Positions 1 through 9,745 of a stretch of 64,000 bases of DNA are shown in pieces (position 1 is the stretch's first letter; each line of letters begins with the position of its first letter). The notes beneath the pieces are model-generated. The model worked only from the letters and a program-made list of their open reading frames with translations, had not been told where the DNA came from and did not search any database. The DNA is taken from contig JBBINU010000004.1 in the NCBI GenBank assembly GCA_037443725.1, positions 239,451 to 303,450 of the forward strand, given 5' to 3'. Origin of the DNA: Actinomycetota bacterium. Its GTDB lineage: Bacteria > Actinomycetota > JBBINU01. Both the position numbers and the translations under genes were made by a program.

Positions 1-1373
1 CCAAGGCGAAGGAGTTCCGCCGCCTCTTCGGTTACTCCGGGCCGATCCACTTCGTGGAGCACCACCTGGCGCACGCCGCGGCCGCCTTCCTCTCGAGCCC
101 CTTCGAGACCGCCCTGGTGCTCACTATCGACCGGGGCGGCGACTATGTCTCCACCGCCGCATACCTTTGCCAGGGAACCCGGTTCCGGCTCCTTGCGAGA
201 GTCATGAACCCGCACTCCCTGGGGGAGCTTTACTCCGCCGTCACCTGGTGGCTGGGCTTCACTCCCAACTGGGACGAGGCCAAGGTGATGGCTCTTGCGG
301 CCTTCGGAAGACCCACTTACGAAAGGGAATTCCTATCGATGGTGAGGCCCCTCAAGGACGGCCGTTTCCGCGTGGATCTCTCCTGGGCCGGGTGGCATCT
401 GGAGAGGGGCTGGGTCTCCCGGAGGTTCCTCCGCCGCTTCGGTCCGCCCAGGAGGCCGAGGGATCCCATCACCCACCACCACGAGGACGTGGCCTGGGGA
501 GTTCAGAGGGTGACCGAGGAGGCCGCTCTCCACTTCGCCAGAAAGATGGCGCGGAGAGCCCCCCGCGTAGAGGGCCTCTGCATCTCCGGTGGAGTGGCCC
601 TGAACTCCGTCATGAACACCCGGCTCATATTGGAGGGCCCCTTCGAGAAAGCCTTCATCCCTCCGCCGGCGGGGGACGCCGGAAACGCCATAGGCGCCGC
701 TCTCCTCACCTGGAGTAGGCTCACGGGCAAACCCAGGGTCTTCGAGATGTCCCACGCTTACTGGGGGCCGGACTACACCGACCACGAACTCCGCCGCACC
801 CTGGAGGAGAGAAAGGTCCCGTACAGGAAGGTGGATGATCCATCCGAGACGGCCGCCGACCTCATCGCAGCAGGAAAGATTATCGGCTGGTTCCAGGGCC
901 GGGCCGAGGCGGGTCCTCGAGCCCTGGGGAACCGGTCCATCTTGGCCGACCCTAGGCCGCCCGGGATGAAGGACACCATCAACCGGGAGGTGAAGCACCG
1001 GGAACCCTTCAGGCCCTTCGCCCCAACCATCCTGGCGGAGGAGGCCCCCAAGTGGTTCCACCCCTACACTCCATCCCCTTTCATGCTCCGGGTGCTGCCG
1101 GTCCGTCCCGAGCTCAGGGAGAAGGTCCCGGCCGTCCTCCACGTCGACGGGTCAGCGCGCCTCCAGACCCTGGAGGAGCACCAGAACCCCCTCTACTACC
1201 GCCTCATCAAGGCGTTCGAGAGGAGGACGGGGATACCCATGGTGCTGAACACGTCCTTCAACGACAAAGGGGAGCCTATGGTCTGCTCTCCCGCCGACGC
1301 CCTCAGGACCTTCTACGGCACCGGCCTGGACGCGCTCATCATGGGCAACTATCTCGTGGAGAAGGGAAGGTAG
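1..1373 (+). CDS. Carbamoyltransferase, NodU/CmcH family, C-terminal part (5' end outside the window)
   Basis: The reading frame is open from base 3 and contains the FVEHHLAHAA motif, an extended NodU/CmcH-like C-terminal domain and a stop at 1371-1373. The ORF track entry 54..1373 is the in-window portion. Confidence 0.8.
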   Translation, partial: KAKEFRRLFGYSGPIHFVEHHLAHAAAAFLSSPFETALVLTIDRGGDYVSTAAYLCQGTRFRLLARVMNPHSLGELYSAVTWWLGFTPNWDEAKVMALAAFGRPTYEREFLSMVRPLKDGRFRVDLSWAGWHLERGWVSRRFLRRFGPPRRPRDPITHHHEDVAWGVQRVTEEAALHFARKMARRAPRVEGLCISGGVALNSVMNTRLILEGPFEKAFIPPPAGDAGNAIGAALLTWSRLTGKPRVFEMSHAYWGPDYTDHELRRTLEERKVPYRKVDDPSETAADLIAAGKIIGWFQGRAEAGPRALGNRSILADPRPPGMKDTINREVKHREPFRPFAPTILAEEAPKWFHPYTPSPFMLRVLPVRPELREKVPAVLHVDGSARLQTLEEHQNPLYYRLIKAFERRTGIPMVLNTSFNDKGEPMVCSPADALRTFYGTGLDALIMGNYLVEKGR

Positions 1374-1388
1374 CGAGCCCCTTCCCGA

Positions 1389-3173
1389 CTACCCGGCGTA
1401 GAGCGACTCAATGATGTCGCCGTACTTCTCCAGCACCACCTTCCGCCTCACCTTGAGGGTGGGAGTGAGTTCGCCCCCCTCCACACTGAGCTCGGCTGGG
1501 AGGATCGCCCACTTCTTCACCTGCTCGGGCCTGGAGAGCCTGGAGTTCACCCTACCCACCGACTCGGCAACGCTGGCCAGGACCTCCGGGTCCCGGACGA
1601 GAGCCTCGGGATCCTGGGGCTTCCCCCTTTCCGCCGCCCAGGCCTTGAGCTTCTCCGGGTCGAGGGCGAGGAGGGCTACCAGGTAGGGCCGCCTATCCCC
1701 CACCACCACGGCCTGGGAAATAAGGGGCTCGAACTTGAGCAGGCTCTCTATGAGAGCGGGCGCGATGTTCTTTCCTCCCGCCGTGATGATGAGGTCCTTC
1801 TTTCTATCGGTTATGGTGAGGTAACCATCGGAATCGAGGCGGCCGATGTCTCCGGAGTGGAGCCATCCTCCCTCGAGAGCCTCCGCCGTCTCCTCGGGCT
1901 TCTTGAAGTACCCCTTGAAGACGTTCTCCCCTCTTACTAGGATCTCGCCATCCTCGGCTATCCTCACCTCCACCCCGGCAATGGCCGGACCCACCGTCCC
2001 TATCTTGATCCGCTGCACGGGGTTGAGCGTGGTGGGCCCGGTGTCCTCCGTCTGGCCGTACACCTCTGCGATGGGGAGACCTATGGCGTGGAAGAACCTA
2101 ATGACCTCTGGGTTTATGGGGGCTGCCCCGGAGACGAGGTACTTTGCCTGGTCGAGGCCGAGGGCGGCCCTGGCGAGCGCAAAGAGGGAGGCATCCGCCT
2201 CCCTCCATGCCCTCTCCATCTCCTCGGGCACTTCCGCACCCTCCTGCCTCAGGTCCACGAGTTTCAGGCCGAGGCTTACAGCCTCTTGCGCGCGGATCCT
2301 CTGCTCCTCGGGGAGGCCAGCCATAAGACCCTGAATCCCTGCATGGAACTTCTCCCATACCCTGGGCACGGCAAAAAAGGTGGTGGGTCTTGCATCCCTG
2401 AGATCCCTGGCCAGGGTCTCAAGGCTCTCCGCGAACCATGTGGTGGATCCGTGGTAGACGTGGAGGATGTGGGAGACCATCCTCTCAGCTATGTGGGACA
2501 GGGGGAGGTAAGAGAGGGCCCTGCCGTCCCTGTCCGAGGGCATCCTCTCATTCAGACTCCAGCATGTGAAAAGGAAGTTCCTGTGGGTGAGCATCACACC
2601 CTTGGGCTCCCCCGTCGTCCCGCTGGTGTAGACGATGCTGGCCACCTCCTCCGGACTGCGTCTTCCGAGGGCGGCCTCATAAGCTCCCTCGTGCCGGGCG
2701 AGATATGCCCTACCCATCTCGAGGAAGTCTTTCCAGGGAAGAACCCTGGGATCGGAAGAGGCTCCCTCGAAGAGAACGGCCTTCTCGAGTCGGGGTAGCC
2801 TTCCCCAGACCGAGGCCACCTTCTCCAACTCCGCCTGTCGCGAGACGAAGATCACCCGGGCCTCGGAGTGGCCCAGGACGTACGCTATCTGCTCAGCCGC
2901 ACTGGTGAGGTAAAGGGGGACGCTCCTCGCCCCCACAGCCATGCTGCCAAGATCCGCCATGTGCCACTCCGGGCGGTTGTTCGAGAGGATGGCGACCTGG
3001 TCCCCCTCGGCGATACCCATGGCGAGGAGGCTACCTGCGACGGCCCTCACCCTCTCCCCGTACTCCCCCCACGTTACGTCGCGCCACTCGCCCCCCTCCC
3101 GGTATCGGAACGCCGCCCTGGCGGGGTCATCGAGAACCCAGCGCTCCAGGCGTTCGAAGATGGTCCCTTTCAT
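1389..3173 (-). CDS. Long-chain-fatty-acid--CoA ligase (AMP-dependent synthetase/ligase)
   Basis: AMP-binding motifs are present (YTSGTTGEPKGV, GYGQTE-like 'VYGQTEDTG', 'GWLHSGDIG'). The start is placed at the internal Met (MKGTIFERLERW), which has an AAGGGGGG RBS 5 nt upstream. The longer 640-aa ORF adds a non-homologous 46-aa extension. Confidence 0.85.
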   Translation of the reverse strand: MKGTIFERLERWVLDDPARAAFRYREGGEWRDVTWGEYGERVRAVAGSLLAMGIAEGDQVAILSNNRPEWHMADLGSMAVGARSVPLYLTSAAEQIAYVLGHSEARVIFVSRQAELEKVASVWGRLPRLEKAVLFEGASSDPRVLPWKDFLEMGRAYLARHEGAYEAALGRRSPEEVASIVYTSGTTGEPKGVMLTHRNFLFTCWSLNERMPSDRDGRALSYLPLSHIAERMVSHILHVYHGSTTWFAESLETLARDLRDARPTTFFAVPRVWEKFHAGIQGLMAGLPEEQRIRAQEAVSLGLKLVDLRQEGAEVPEEMERAWREADASLFALARAALGLDQAKYLVSGAAPINPEVIRFFHAIGLPIAEVYGQTEDTGPTTLNPVQRIKIGTVGPAIAGVEVRIAEDGEILVRGENVFKGYFKKPEETAEALEGGWLHSGDIGRLDSDGYLTITDRKKDLIITAGGKNIAPALIESLLKFEPLISQAVVVGDRRPYLVALLALDPEKLKAWAAERGKPQDPEALVRDPEVLASVAESVGRVNSRLSRPEQVKKWAILPAELSVEGGELTPTLKVRRKVVLEKYGDIIESLYAG

Positions 3174-3463
3174 CGTGGCCCCCTTTCGGCTGCACAACAG
3201 CTCAAGCAGAGCATAATAAGCAGATACGCGGGCATCAAGGGGCCGGCTGCCTTGGGTGGGCTTCGCCCCAGGTAGTAGGCAGGCGGGCTTCGTGCCCTCT
3301 GCCGAGAACACCGCCGCGGCATGGCTTCACGGCCCGGACCGAGGAGGCAAGAAGGACGGGCCCGGAACGTAAAAATGGGCGCAGGATAGACGACGAGGGC
3401 GTCCGTAGCTGCGCTGTGACTGCGCCGCCCTTTGAGGGGATGCACCGATCAGACGAGCGAGGG

Positions 3464-3546
3464 TGCCCGGGGTGGGACTCGAACCCACACGCCTGGCTGG
3501 CAGAGGATTTTAAGTCCCCCGCGTCTACCGGTTCCGCCACCCGGGC
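3464..3546 (-). tRNA. tRNA-Leu (anticodon TAA)
   Basis: The reverse complement reads GCCCGGGTGGCGGAACCGGTAGACGC...GGGGACTTAAAATCCTC...GTGGGTTCGAGTCCCACCCCGGGCA. It has a 7-bp acceptor stem, a GTTCGAGTC T-loop, a long variable arm typical of Leu and the anticodon loop CT-TAA-AA. CCA is not encoded. Confidence 0.85.
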
Positions 3547-3567
3547 CCTCACACCCGATCTTATGCT

Positions 3568-3966
3568 CTAGGTTCCTTGCGGTTCCTCGCCCGCCCTATC
3601 TTCCCAGTCCACCCGCGGTGCGTCCCTCCAGAGGCGTTCCAGGTCGTAGTAGGCCCGCTCGTCGTCGTGGAAGATGTGGACCACGAAGTCCAGATAGTCC
3701 AGGAGGACCCAGCGGGCGTACCTCTCTCCCTCCCTCCTCGCTGGGTGGAAACCGACGGACGCCAGCCTCTGCTCAACCTCCTCCACGATGGCCCTGACGT
3801 GCCTTTCCGAGGAACCGCTCACGACGACGAAGTAGTCTGTCACGCCCAGGAGGTCCCGCATCTCCATCACCACCGGCGAGGACCCCTGTTTGTCCCAGGC
3901 CGCCTTTGCGGCCACGCACGCAGCTGCGCGGGGGTCGAGACGTCCGGAGGCCGACGTCTTCCCCAT
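3568..3966 (-). CDS. rsfS: Ribosomal silencing factor RsfS (Iojap family)
   Basis: A 132-aa product shows RsfS-family similarity (…VMEMRDLLGVTDYFVVVSGSSERHVRAIVEEV…FHDDERAYYDLERLW…). The start is at MGKT, which has a GGAGGAGG RBS. The gene is the last in the conserved obg…nadD…rsfS cluster. Confidence 0.85.
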   Translation of the reverse strand: MGKTSASGRLDPRAAACVAAKAAWDKQGSSPVVMEMRDLLGVTDYFVVVSGSSERHVRAIVEEVEQRLASVGFHPARREGERYARWVLLDYLDFVVHIFHDDERAYYDLERLWRDAPRVDWEDRAGEEPQGT

Positions 3967-3984
3967 GGTCACCTCCTCCACCGG

Positions 3985-5268
3985 CTACCGCGCCGGCCGG
4001 GGGCTCGCGCCGACGAAGTCGAGACCCACGACAATCACGATGTCAGCAACGGTCTGACCACTGGTATCCCTGGCCACCTCTCCGAGGCCAAGGCTCTCCC
4101 TAACCCTCCTCGCCCACTCCAGATGCCTCTCGTCCCACCGGGAGACAAGGATCATGGTGGTGGGATAGTCAAAGCTCCCGGCGTTCCCCTGGCTCACCAC
4201 ATAGAAACCTGGGGGCAGGAGGGAGGCAACCCTTGCTCCGCTCTCTGGAACGCCGTTACCGTTCAGGACCAGGACGGTGACGGGCTCCGCCGACCCCTCC
4301 CCGAGGAAACCCAGGGCAGCTTCCACCAGCTTTCTGCCCGAGGGATCGAAGCGGAACACCTCCTCGCCCTGGCCAGCGTCCACCCGGGCCACTGGCAAGA
4401 TGACGGTGGTCACGGATCCGGAGGGAAGGGAAGCGAGGGACGAGAAGAGGTCGCCGAGTTCTTCCCGCGGCAGGTCCGAGACCACACCCGCGCTCCCCGC
4501 CCAGGCAGCACCGAACCCGGCCGGGCCAGACCTCGCCCGTTCCAGAGCCGCCTCCAGCACGTCCGAGAGGCGCTTCAGCCGCGAGAGCTCTCCCTCGGAA
4601 CCCCCGAGCACGTAGGCAAGGGCCTCGGCTCCCCCGAGACTCACCCTACCTGGTCCGACCTCACCCGCAGCGGTGACTACGGGGATGTCCACATCCAGAG
4701 TGATAGAGCCCAGGGTTTCCAGCACACGCGCGAGATCCGCATCTGAGACGCTGGCCCAGTGGGAGACCTGGATACCGAGGAGACCGCGGAGAGTGGAGAC
4801 GACCGCCCCTCCTCCCACCATCCCAAAGGCCTTTCCCAGTCTCTCCATCCCCACCCCGGGCACGGTGGTGACCAGGTTGGTGGGGACGAGGACGAGTCCG
4901 CCCCTCCCAGCGCCCACCCCCACGAGGAAGAGCATCTCGGCACTGCCGGACGGATCACCCTCCCTGGTTACAGCCACGAGGACTCCCCGAGCACCGGACA
5001 CCGGAGTGGCCCCCCGGCCGACCTGGACAACCTCCCTCACCCTGAAGAGCCTCTGCACGGCGCCCGAGAGGAGGGCCCTGCCCCGCCCGGAACCTCCGAA
5101 CCCGACGGCCGCAAGAAGGAGTACCGCGACGACCGAGAGAGCGGTGGCTCGCCGCCGCCTCCGGGCCCTCCGGAGCCGACGGACTCTAACCCCTACCTTC
5201 CTTCGGCGGTGCTCCTCCCCCTTGGCTTCCCCCACGTCTCCTACCCTGCCTCCTCCCCTCTCCGACAC
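3985..5268 (-). CDS. LytR/CpsA/Psr (LCP) family cell-envelope-related protein
   Basis: An N-terminal TM helix (ATALSVVAVLLLAAVGF) is followed by an LCP catalytic region and a LytR_C-like C-terminus. Its position between nadD and rsfS is typical for this family. Confidence 0.75.
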   Translation of the reverse strand: MSERGGGRVGDVGEAKGEEHRRRKVGVRVRRLRRARRRRRATALSVVAVLLLAAVGFGGSGRGRALLSGAVQRLFRVREVVQVGRGATPVSGARGVLVAVTREGDPSGSAEMLFLVGVGAGRGGLVLVPTNLVTTVPGVGMERLGKAFGMVGGGAVVSTLRGLLGIQVSHWASVSDADLARVLETLGSITLDVDIPVVTAAGEVGPGRVSLGGAEALAYVLGGSEGELSRLKRLSDVLEAALERARSGPAGFGAAWAGSAGVVSDLPREELGDLFSSLASLPSGSVTTVILPVARVDAGQGEEVFRFDPSGRKLVEAALGFLGEGSAEPVTVLVLNGNGVPESGARVASLLPPGFYVVSQGNAGSFDYPTTMILVSRWDERHLEWARRVRESLGLGEVARDTSGQTVADIVIVVGLDFVGASPRPAR

Positions 5269-5292
5269 CCCCGAGGAACCCGCCGTTGAGGG

Positions 5293-5886
5293 TCACTCGC
5301 GGTAGAGGCCCCGGTTCTCTATGTAGGCCGCGACCTCGCGGGGCACCAGGAACCGATACGGCCGCCCTTCCCTCACCCTCTGCCTGATCTCGCTGGAGCT
5401 TATGGCAAGGGCCGGGACCTCCAGCACGCTCACCCTCCCGTCCCTCCTCAGCACCTCGCTCAGTCTGGAAAGGTCATAACCGGGCCTGGTGACCGCCACG
5501 AAGCGAGCCAGGCCGAGCACCTCCTCCGGATCCTTCCAGGTGAGGATGGAAAGAATGGCATCGGCTCCAGTTATGAAGTAGAGCTCCTCCTCCGGCCGTT
5601 CGGCCGAGAGCTTCCTCAGGGTGTCCACGGTGTATGTGGGTCCGGGCCTCTCCACCTCCACGCGGGAGACGCTGAACCCAGGCACGCTCGCCGTGGCCAG
5701 GGCGCACATCAGGTACCTATCCTCCGCCGGACTCACCTTCATGCCCGCCTTCTGCCAGGGCTGACCAGCCGGCACGAAGACCACCTCGTCCAGACCGAAG
5801 TGGTACCTCGCCTCGTCAGCCGCGACCAGGTGGCCATGGTGGATGGGGTCGAAGGTTCCGCCCATTATCCCGAGGCGCCTGGCCAT
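5293..5886 (-). CDS. nadD: Nicotinate-nucleotide adenylyltransferase
   Basis: The product begins [20 protein letters not shown], carrying the (H/T)xGH nucleotidyltransferase motif, and continues with ITGADA…SSSEIR. The 197-aa length fits NadD. Confidence 0.9.
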   Translation of the reverse strand: MARRLGIMGGTFDPIHHGHLVAADEARYHFGLDEVVFVPAGQPWQKAGMKVSPAEDRYLMCALATASVPGFSVSRVEVERPGPTYTVDTLRKLSAERPEEELYFITGADAILSILTWKDPEEVLGLARFVAVTRPGYDLSRLSEVLRRDGRVSVLEVPALAISSSEIRQRVREGRPYRFLVPREVAAYIENRGLYRE

Positions 5887-5916
5887 TTGGCGGCAGTGTA
5901 GCAGGTGAGGCCAGGG

Positions 5917-6783
5917 TTACTTCTCGGCGCCTACCCGCACGCTTCCCATGGGGTCAGCTCCCAAGCCGCGGTGAGCCGGGCCAGGGTCCCCCACCGGGAA
6001 GATCCAGCCCTCCGCCTGGACCAGAGGCGAGGTCCGGAACTCCTCGCCGTACCCGAGGAGCCGGAGAAAGCCAGCACGGGCCATGCCCACAGCTGCCACC
6101 AGGGCATCGAACACGTCTTCGCTGGCCACAGCGGGTTCCAGTGCATCCCCCTCCAGACCCAGGGCCAGAACGAAGCTGGCGCGAGCCGAGGGGTCGCCCT
6201 TCCTCAGCCTTTTCTGGAAAAGGCGGGGGTAGATCTCGACGGCAGTGACTTCCCCCGGAGGGTCAAAGGGCCAGACACGAACACCCGCGGCCCTCAAGGA
6301 GAGAAGCGCGGGCATCCCGGTCAAGCTGGCCATCCCCACCGCCCCAGCCCCTGCCAGCTTGAAGACGCTCTGGGGCCTACCCTGCCCGGATCGGCGCACC
6401 AGCTCCTCGGTGAGCCGGAAAAGGGGGACCCCCTCTGGAGGGCGGCTGCCTTGTGGGCCGAAGAAAGGGAAGGGTAGGAACCTCGCCCACCCCTCCCCCT
6501 CGTCCCTCACCCGCTCCCAGGCCTCGGGAGCCGAGGAGAGACCGAGATGCCCAAGGAACCAGAAGGGGAAGGAAAAGCAGAAGTCAAAACCGAGAAGCCA
6601 CTGTCCCGAAGGGCAAAGGTCGAAGACGGTTCTGAGAAGGAAGGTGAGGACCTCACCCCTGTTTTTCCACTGAGCCACCTCCACCCGCCCCGAGGAAGCA
6701 TCCAGCACACACGTGGCGAGCCTCCCGCGGACCGCCCCGGACCAGTCCACGCCGATAAAGGCCCCCTCCCCCTGGTAAGCCAT
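5917..6783 (-). CDS. Hypothetical protein (possibly a DUF429-like RNase-H-fold protein)
   Basis: It is a 288-aa ORF in the same operon orientation, with an N-terminal 'IGVDWSG' motif. No confident family assignment could be made by eye. Confidence 0.5.
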   Translation of the reverse strand: MAYQGEGAFIGVDWSGAVRGRLATCVLDASSGRVEVAQWKNRGEVLTFLLRTVFDLCPSGQWLLGFDFCFSFPFWFLGHLGLSSAPEAWERVRDEGEGWARFLPFPFFGPQGSRPPEGVPLFRLTEELVRRSGQGRPQSVFKLAGAGAVGMASLTGMPALLSLRAAGVRVWPFDPPGEVTAVEIYPRLFQKRLRKGDPSARASFVLALGLEGDALEPAVASEDVFDALVAAVGMARAGFLRLLGYGEEFRTSPLVQAEGWIFPVGDPGPAHRGLGADPMGSVRVGAEK

Positions 6784-6806
6784 CCGCCCACGCCAGGTCC
6801 GGACAC

Positions 6807-7322
6807 TCAGCGCGGGTCCCCACCCCCCAGGCGAGAGGCCCAGGCCTCAAGCTCGCCAAGGTGCTCGAGGTAGTGGAGTTCGCCGCAGCGGAGGAAGGCC
6901 TCCCGCGCCCTGGAATCCCCCTCCAACACCTGCTCCGGAAGGGCAAGGACGGCCTCCCTCAGCCTCTTCCTGGCCGCCGCCACCTCCCTGCGCATCTCGG
7001 AAAGGGAGAGGTCGGGAAGACTCAGCCTGGCCGCCTCATTTACCTCTTCCAGCTCGCCGGTGCGGGGCGGCCCACCCACCACCTCGCCCCTCGCCAGCCT
7101 CTCCAGATACTTGGCCCCCTGCTCCTGCCAGAAGGCCAGGTGCCAGAGGGTCTCCAAACCGGTCCAGCCGCCGCAGGCCCCCGGAGTGTCCATCTGGTCT
7201 GGGGGAACCTGGAGGAGAGGGGCGAGGATCCGATCCCAGGCAGCCTCCTCGGAGGCGAGGAGTCTCGCCAGCTCCTCCGGCGGCTCCACTCTCCCCCCTC
7301 TCGAACCCAGTCCTCCTCTCAT
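6807..7322 (-). CDS. DinB/ClbS-like four-helix-bundle protein
   Basis: The '[16 protein letters not shown]' motif resembles the DinB_2/ClbS-DfsB metal-binding helix. Its ATG overlaps the proA stop (ATGA). Confidence 0.5.
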   Translation of the reverse strand: MRGGLGSRGGRVEPPEELARLLASEEAAWDRILAPLLQVPPDQMDTPGACGGWTGLETLWHLAFWQEQGAKYLERLARGEVVGGPPRTGELEEVNEAARLSLPDLSLSEMRREVAAARKRLREAVLALPEQVLEGDSRAREAFLRCGELHYLEHLGELEAWASRLGGGDPR

Positions 7323-8593
7323 CCCTCCCTCACCTGCCCGTCTCCCCAGACCACGTACTTGTATGTGGTGAGCTCCTTCAGAGCCATGGGGCCCCGGGCG
7401 TGAAGCTTCTGGGTGGAGATGCCTATCTCGGCACCGAAACCGAACTCACCCCCATCTGTGAACCTGGTTGAGGCATTCACAAAAAGGGCAGCCGAATCCA
7501 CGGCCTGGGTGAAGGCCCGGGCCGCAGAGAGGTCCTCCGTCACGATGGCCTCGGTATGCTTGGAGCCATACCGGTTTATGTGCTCCACGGCCTCCTGCAC
7601 CGACCCCACCACCTTCACAGCCAGGATGAGGTCTAGATACTCCCTGTACCAGTCCTCCTCGGTGGCGGGTTTCGCCTCGGGCAGTATCTGCCTCGTCTTC
7701 TCGCACCCCCTGAGTTCGACACCCCTCTCCTTCAAGGCCCTAGCGGCCATGGGCAGGAAATCTCTGGCCACCGCCTCGTGAACCAGGAGGGTCTCGGCCG
7801 CGTTGCACACTGCCGGCCTCTGGGTCTTGGCGTTCACCAGGATCCGCAGGGCCTTTTCGAGATCTGCCGCTCTGTCAACGTAAACGTGGCAGTTCCCTAT
7901 GCCCGTCTCGATCACGGGCACCTGTGCCTCCTCCACCACAGTGCGGATGAGGGACTCTCCGCCCCTGGGGATGAGGGCATCTATGTAGCCGTGCAGGCGC
8001 ATCATCTCGCGCGCTGTCTCGTGGTCGGTGCCGGGCGCGAGCTGGACGCTCCCCTCGGGAAGCCCGGCCGCCGCCCCGCTCTCATCCAGGATCCTCGCAA
8101 GCACCGAGTTAGAGTTGTAAGCCGATGCTGACCCCCTGAGGAGGCAGGCGTTCCCGCTTTTCACGCAGAGACCCGCCGCGTCAACGGTCACGTTGGGTCT
8201 GGCCTCGTAGATTACGCCCATAACCCCCAGGGGAACCCTGACCTTGGTGACCACAAGACCGTTCGGGAGCGTCCAGCCCTCCATCACCTCCCCCACGGGG
8301 TCGGGCAGGGAGGCCACGTGGCGGAGGCCGGACGCCATCTCCCTGATCCTCTTCGGGTTGAGCAGGAGCCTGTCCAGAACGGCGGGGGAGAGCCCTTCCC
8401 TTTCCCCCCTCTCCATGTCGAGGGCATTGGCCTTTAGGATGTCCTCTTCTCTCGCCTCGAGGGCGTCGGCCATGGCCAGGATCGCCCGGTCCTTCTCCCG
8501 CCTTCCCAGGTTGGCCAGGGCCAGGGCCGCCCTCCTCGCCCTTTCCGCGGCCTGGATCAGCTCTTCCCTCACGGCTCCTCCTTCCACCCCCAA
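7319..8593 (-). CDS. proA: Gamma-glutamyl phosphate reductase
   Basis: The 424-aa product shows ALDH-family / ProA similarity along its full length (…[23 protein letters not shown]…[10 protein letters not shown]…). Confidence 0.9.
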   Translation of the reverse strand: MGVEGGAVREELIQAAERARRAALALANLGRREKDRAILAMADALEAREEDILKANALDMERGEREGLSPAVLDRLLLNPKRIREMASGLRHVASLPDPVGEVMEGWTLPNGLVVTKVRVPLGVMGVIYEARPNVTVDAAGLCVKSGNACLLRGSASAYNSNSVLARILDESGAAAGLPEGSVQLAPGTDHETAREMMRLHGYIDALIPRGGESLIRTVVEEAQVPVIETGIGNCHVYVDRAADLEKALRILVNAKTQRPAVCNAAETLLVHEAVARDFLPMAARALKERGVELRGCEKTRQILPEAKPATEEDWYREYLDLILAVKVVGSVQEAVEHINRYGSKHTEAIVTEDLSAARAFTQAVDSAALFVNASTRFTDGGEFGFGAEIGISTQKLHARGPMALKELTTYKYVVWGDGQVREG

Positions 8594-8611
8594 GCTCCCC
8601 TTCCCCAGCCG

Positions 8612-9745
8612 CTACGCGCGCCACCCATCCGCCCCACCTCGGGCCAGGACAACCATGTCGTCCCGATGGACTACCTCAGGCCCCTTGCCCAGCATCGCCC
8701 TGGCTTTTTCCCAGCCCTCCCCCAGGGCTAGCTCCAGCTCCTCCCGGGAGAAACGGGCCTTCCCCCTGGCCAGGACGGAACCCGAGGGACCGGTAACCTC
8801 CACCGTCTCCCCTGCCTGGAACCGCCCTTCCACCCCCCTCACACCCTGAACCAAGAGGCTCTTGCCTCTTTCCAGGAGGGCGCGGGCAGCCCCCTCGTCC
8901 ACCGCCACCCTCCCCCTCACGGGCGAAGCAAAGGCAATCCAAAGCCGCCTGGCATCGAGGCGGCGCCGGGCGGGCCGAAAGTAGGTTCCCACCTCCGCCC
9001 CGTCTAGGATCTCCAGGATCACTCCGGGCCTCGCCCCGTTGGCCACCACCACTCCAGCCCCTGAGAAAGTGGCCACCCAAGCAGCCTGGACCTTGGAAGC
9101 CATCCCTCCTGAACCCAGCATCGAGGGGCCGCCCCCCTCCACGCTCAGCTCCTCCGGGTGGCTCACCTCCCTCACAAGCCTCGCCCTCTTAAGGCACCTG
9201 GGATCTCCCGTGTACACCCCGTCCACGTCGGAGAGGATGACGAAGAGATCAGCCCCTACCAGATGGGTCACGAGCGCTCCGAGGATGTCATTGTCGCCGA
9301 ACCTTATCTCCTCCACGGCCACCGTGTCATTCTCGTTCACCACCGGAACCACCCCGAGGGCGAGGAGCCGCTCCATGGTGTTCCTGGCGTTCAGGTACTG
9401 CCGGCGGGAGGAGAAGTCCTCCCTGGTCAGGAGGACCTGCCCGCACACCAGCCCATGCCGGGAGAAAGCCTCCTGGTAATACCGGATGAGGAGGCCCTGA
9501 CCCACCGCGGCGGCCGCCTGCAGGGAGGGCATGTCCCGGGGCCTTGCCTTCATTCCGAGGGGCCCTAGGCCCGCAGCTATCGCTCCAGAGCTCACCACAA
9601 CCGCCTGGAGCCCCCTCTTCTTCACCTCGGCCACCTGGGCCACCAGAGCCTCTAGCCGGTCGGCCCTAAGAGCAGGCCCTCCCCCTGTGAGAGTGCTCGT
9701 CCCCACCTTCACCACTACCCGGGCCACTCCTGTGAGGTCCCTCAT
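8612..9745 (-). CDS. proB: Glutamate 5-kinase (with C-terminal PUA domain)
   Basis: The product begins MRDLTGVARVVVKVGTS and carries the amino-acid-kinase fold motifs and a PUA domain. The chosen ATG overlaps the obg stop (ATGA at 9742-9745). The track's 451-aa ORF has a Gly/Arg-rich spurious N-extension. Confidence 0.9.
   Translation of the reverse strand: MRDLTGVARVVVKVGTSTLTGGGPALRADRLEALVAQVAEVKKRGLQAVVVSSGAIAAGLGPLGMKARPRDMPSLQAAAAVGQGLLIRYYQEAFSRHGLVCGQVLLTREDFSSRRQYLNARNTMERLLALGVVPVVNENDTVAVEEIRFGDNDILGALVTHLVGADLFVILSDVDGVYTGDPRCLKRARLVREVSHPEELSVEGGGPSMLGSGGMASKVQAAWVATFSGAGVVVANGARPGVILEILDGAEVGTYFRPARRRLDARRLWIAFASPVRGRVAVDEGAARALLERGKSLLVQGVRGVEGRFQAGETVEVTGPSGSVLARGKARFSREELELALGEGWEKARAMLGKGPEVVHRDDMVVLARGGADGWRA

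Noticed and set aside
3577-4746. A 389-aa + strand ORF antisense to the LCP gene, plus many other long antisense or alternative-frame ORFs (e.g. 333..1142 -, 22872..23819 +, 25216..26130 -, 43070..44011 -, 54295..55890 +, 62385..63617 -, 62821..63852 -).
   Set aside because: Their products are Arg/Gly/Pro-rich low-complexity translations with no domain similarity, and each lies entirely inside a well-supported gene on the other strand or in another frame. Such ORFs are expected at about 70% GC, where stop codons are rare in off-frames.
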